DNA of 55,986 nt from a virus. Lineage: Duplodnaviria > Caudoviricetes. Made by a program: the position numbers and the translations under genes. Every line of letters begins with the position of its first letter. The first letter of the stretch is position 1. Below the pieces are notes generated by a model that searched no databases, was not told the origin of the DNA, and saw only the letters and a list, made by a program, of their open reading frames with translations. The stretch spans positions 1-55,986 of the IMG/VR virus record IMGVR_UViG_3300043411_001213. One strand, written 5' to 3'. Below are positions 55,514 to 55,986 of this stretch, one piece after another.

Positions 55514-55786
55514 TCAGTGATGGGCTGCGTTGAGTTTCGATTCAAGAATCGCTCGAACCAACCCGGACGTTGAAGTTCCAAGCATCTCAGCATCACGCTT
55601 CAGTTTCGCTTCGGTGCTCGCGTCAAATCTGCATGTTTTGCGATCAGTTTTGACGAACTCGCTAACCTGGCTCAGATCGTACTCTGATACCAAATCTCTG
55701 ATTACGTGTGACAAATTTCCTTTAGCCATGGCGTTTAATGACTCAATGTCATGTTGGGTCAGTGTAATCATCATCGGTGCAGACAT
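55514..55786 (-). CDS. Tandem ribbon-helix-helix-like protein
   Basis: MITLT...NLSHVIRDLV and TCRFD...GTSTSGLVRAIL; GGAG RBS. Confidence 0.55.
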   Translation of the reverse strand: MSAPMMITLTQHDIESLNAMAKGNLSHVIRDLVSEYDLSQVSEFVKTDRKTCRFDASTEAKLKRDAEMLGTSTSGLVRAILESKLNAAHH

Positions 55787-55815
55787 TTCGGTTCTCCAGT
55801 TGAGTTAACGCTTGT

Positions 55816-55844
55816 AGTGTATAGCTGATAGCTTTGTCTGTCAA
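55816..55844 (-). promoter_or_regulatory. sigma70-like promoter
   Basis: TTGACA-N17-TACACT. Confidence 0.7.
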
Positions 55845-55936
55845 GGGTAACTACAAAAGTTTAGAAATGCTAGCGGGATTTTTTGGTGGGTTGGGCACAA
55901 CTCTTAAGGCCCAGGCCGTGGAAAAGCTGGCCCGTC

Positions 55937-55986
55937 TGGGCGTGGGCGTGGGCGTGGGCGTGGGCGTGGGCGTGGGCGTGGGCGTG
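55937..55986. repeat. (TGGGCG)n hexamer run, more than 8 units, reaching the window end
   Basis: Seen directly in the sequence. Confidence 0.95.

Overview
The window is most of a ~56 kb tailed dsDNA phage genome of siphovirus type, with moderately high GC. Its Rz/Rz1 spanins indicate a Gram-negative host. It has two converging arms. The + arm (1-21.7 kb) begins inside an SNF2-type helicase and encodes an AEP primase-helicase, two stand-alone DnaQ-type exonucleases, a MazG-like enzyme, dNMP kinase, a TraR/DksA-like factor, a family B DNA polymerase carrying an N-terminal 5'-3' nuclease, a RecU-like resolvase, ATP ligase, SbcD/SbcC, dCMP deaminase and ThyA, interspersed with HNH endonucleases. 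The - arm (55.8-21.9 kb) encodes two regulators, a lambda GpA-type terminase, portal, lysis cassette, an accessory virion cluster, S49 protease, capsid, neck, tail tube, frameshifted chaperones, tape measure, a fused K-I-J tail tip and a tail fibre. I saw no integrase, tRNA or CRISPR array. The strongest hidden signal is a non-canonical late promoter, T(T/A/G)CCRT-N17-TAnnnT, at identical spacing in front of five virion gene blocks, with a multi-HTH protein, a tandem RHH protein and a TraR-like protein as candidate regulators. Other highlights are several structured intergenic RNA candidates (one with a tandem two-unit fold), an in-frame HNH-MazG fusion, the 5'-nuclease-PolB fusion, a recurrent intergenic TAGACAC motif and a terminal (TGGGCG)n run. 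All protein calls come from motif recognition by eye; no database search was run.
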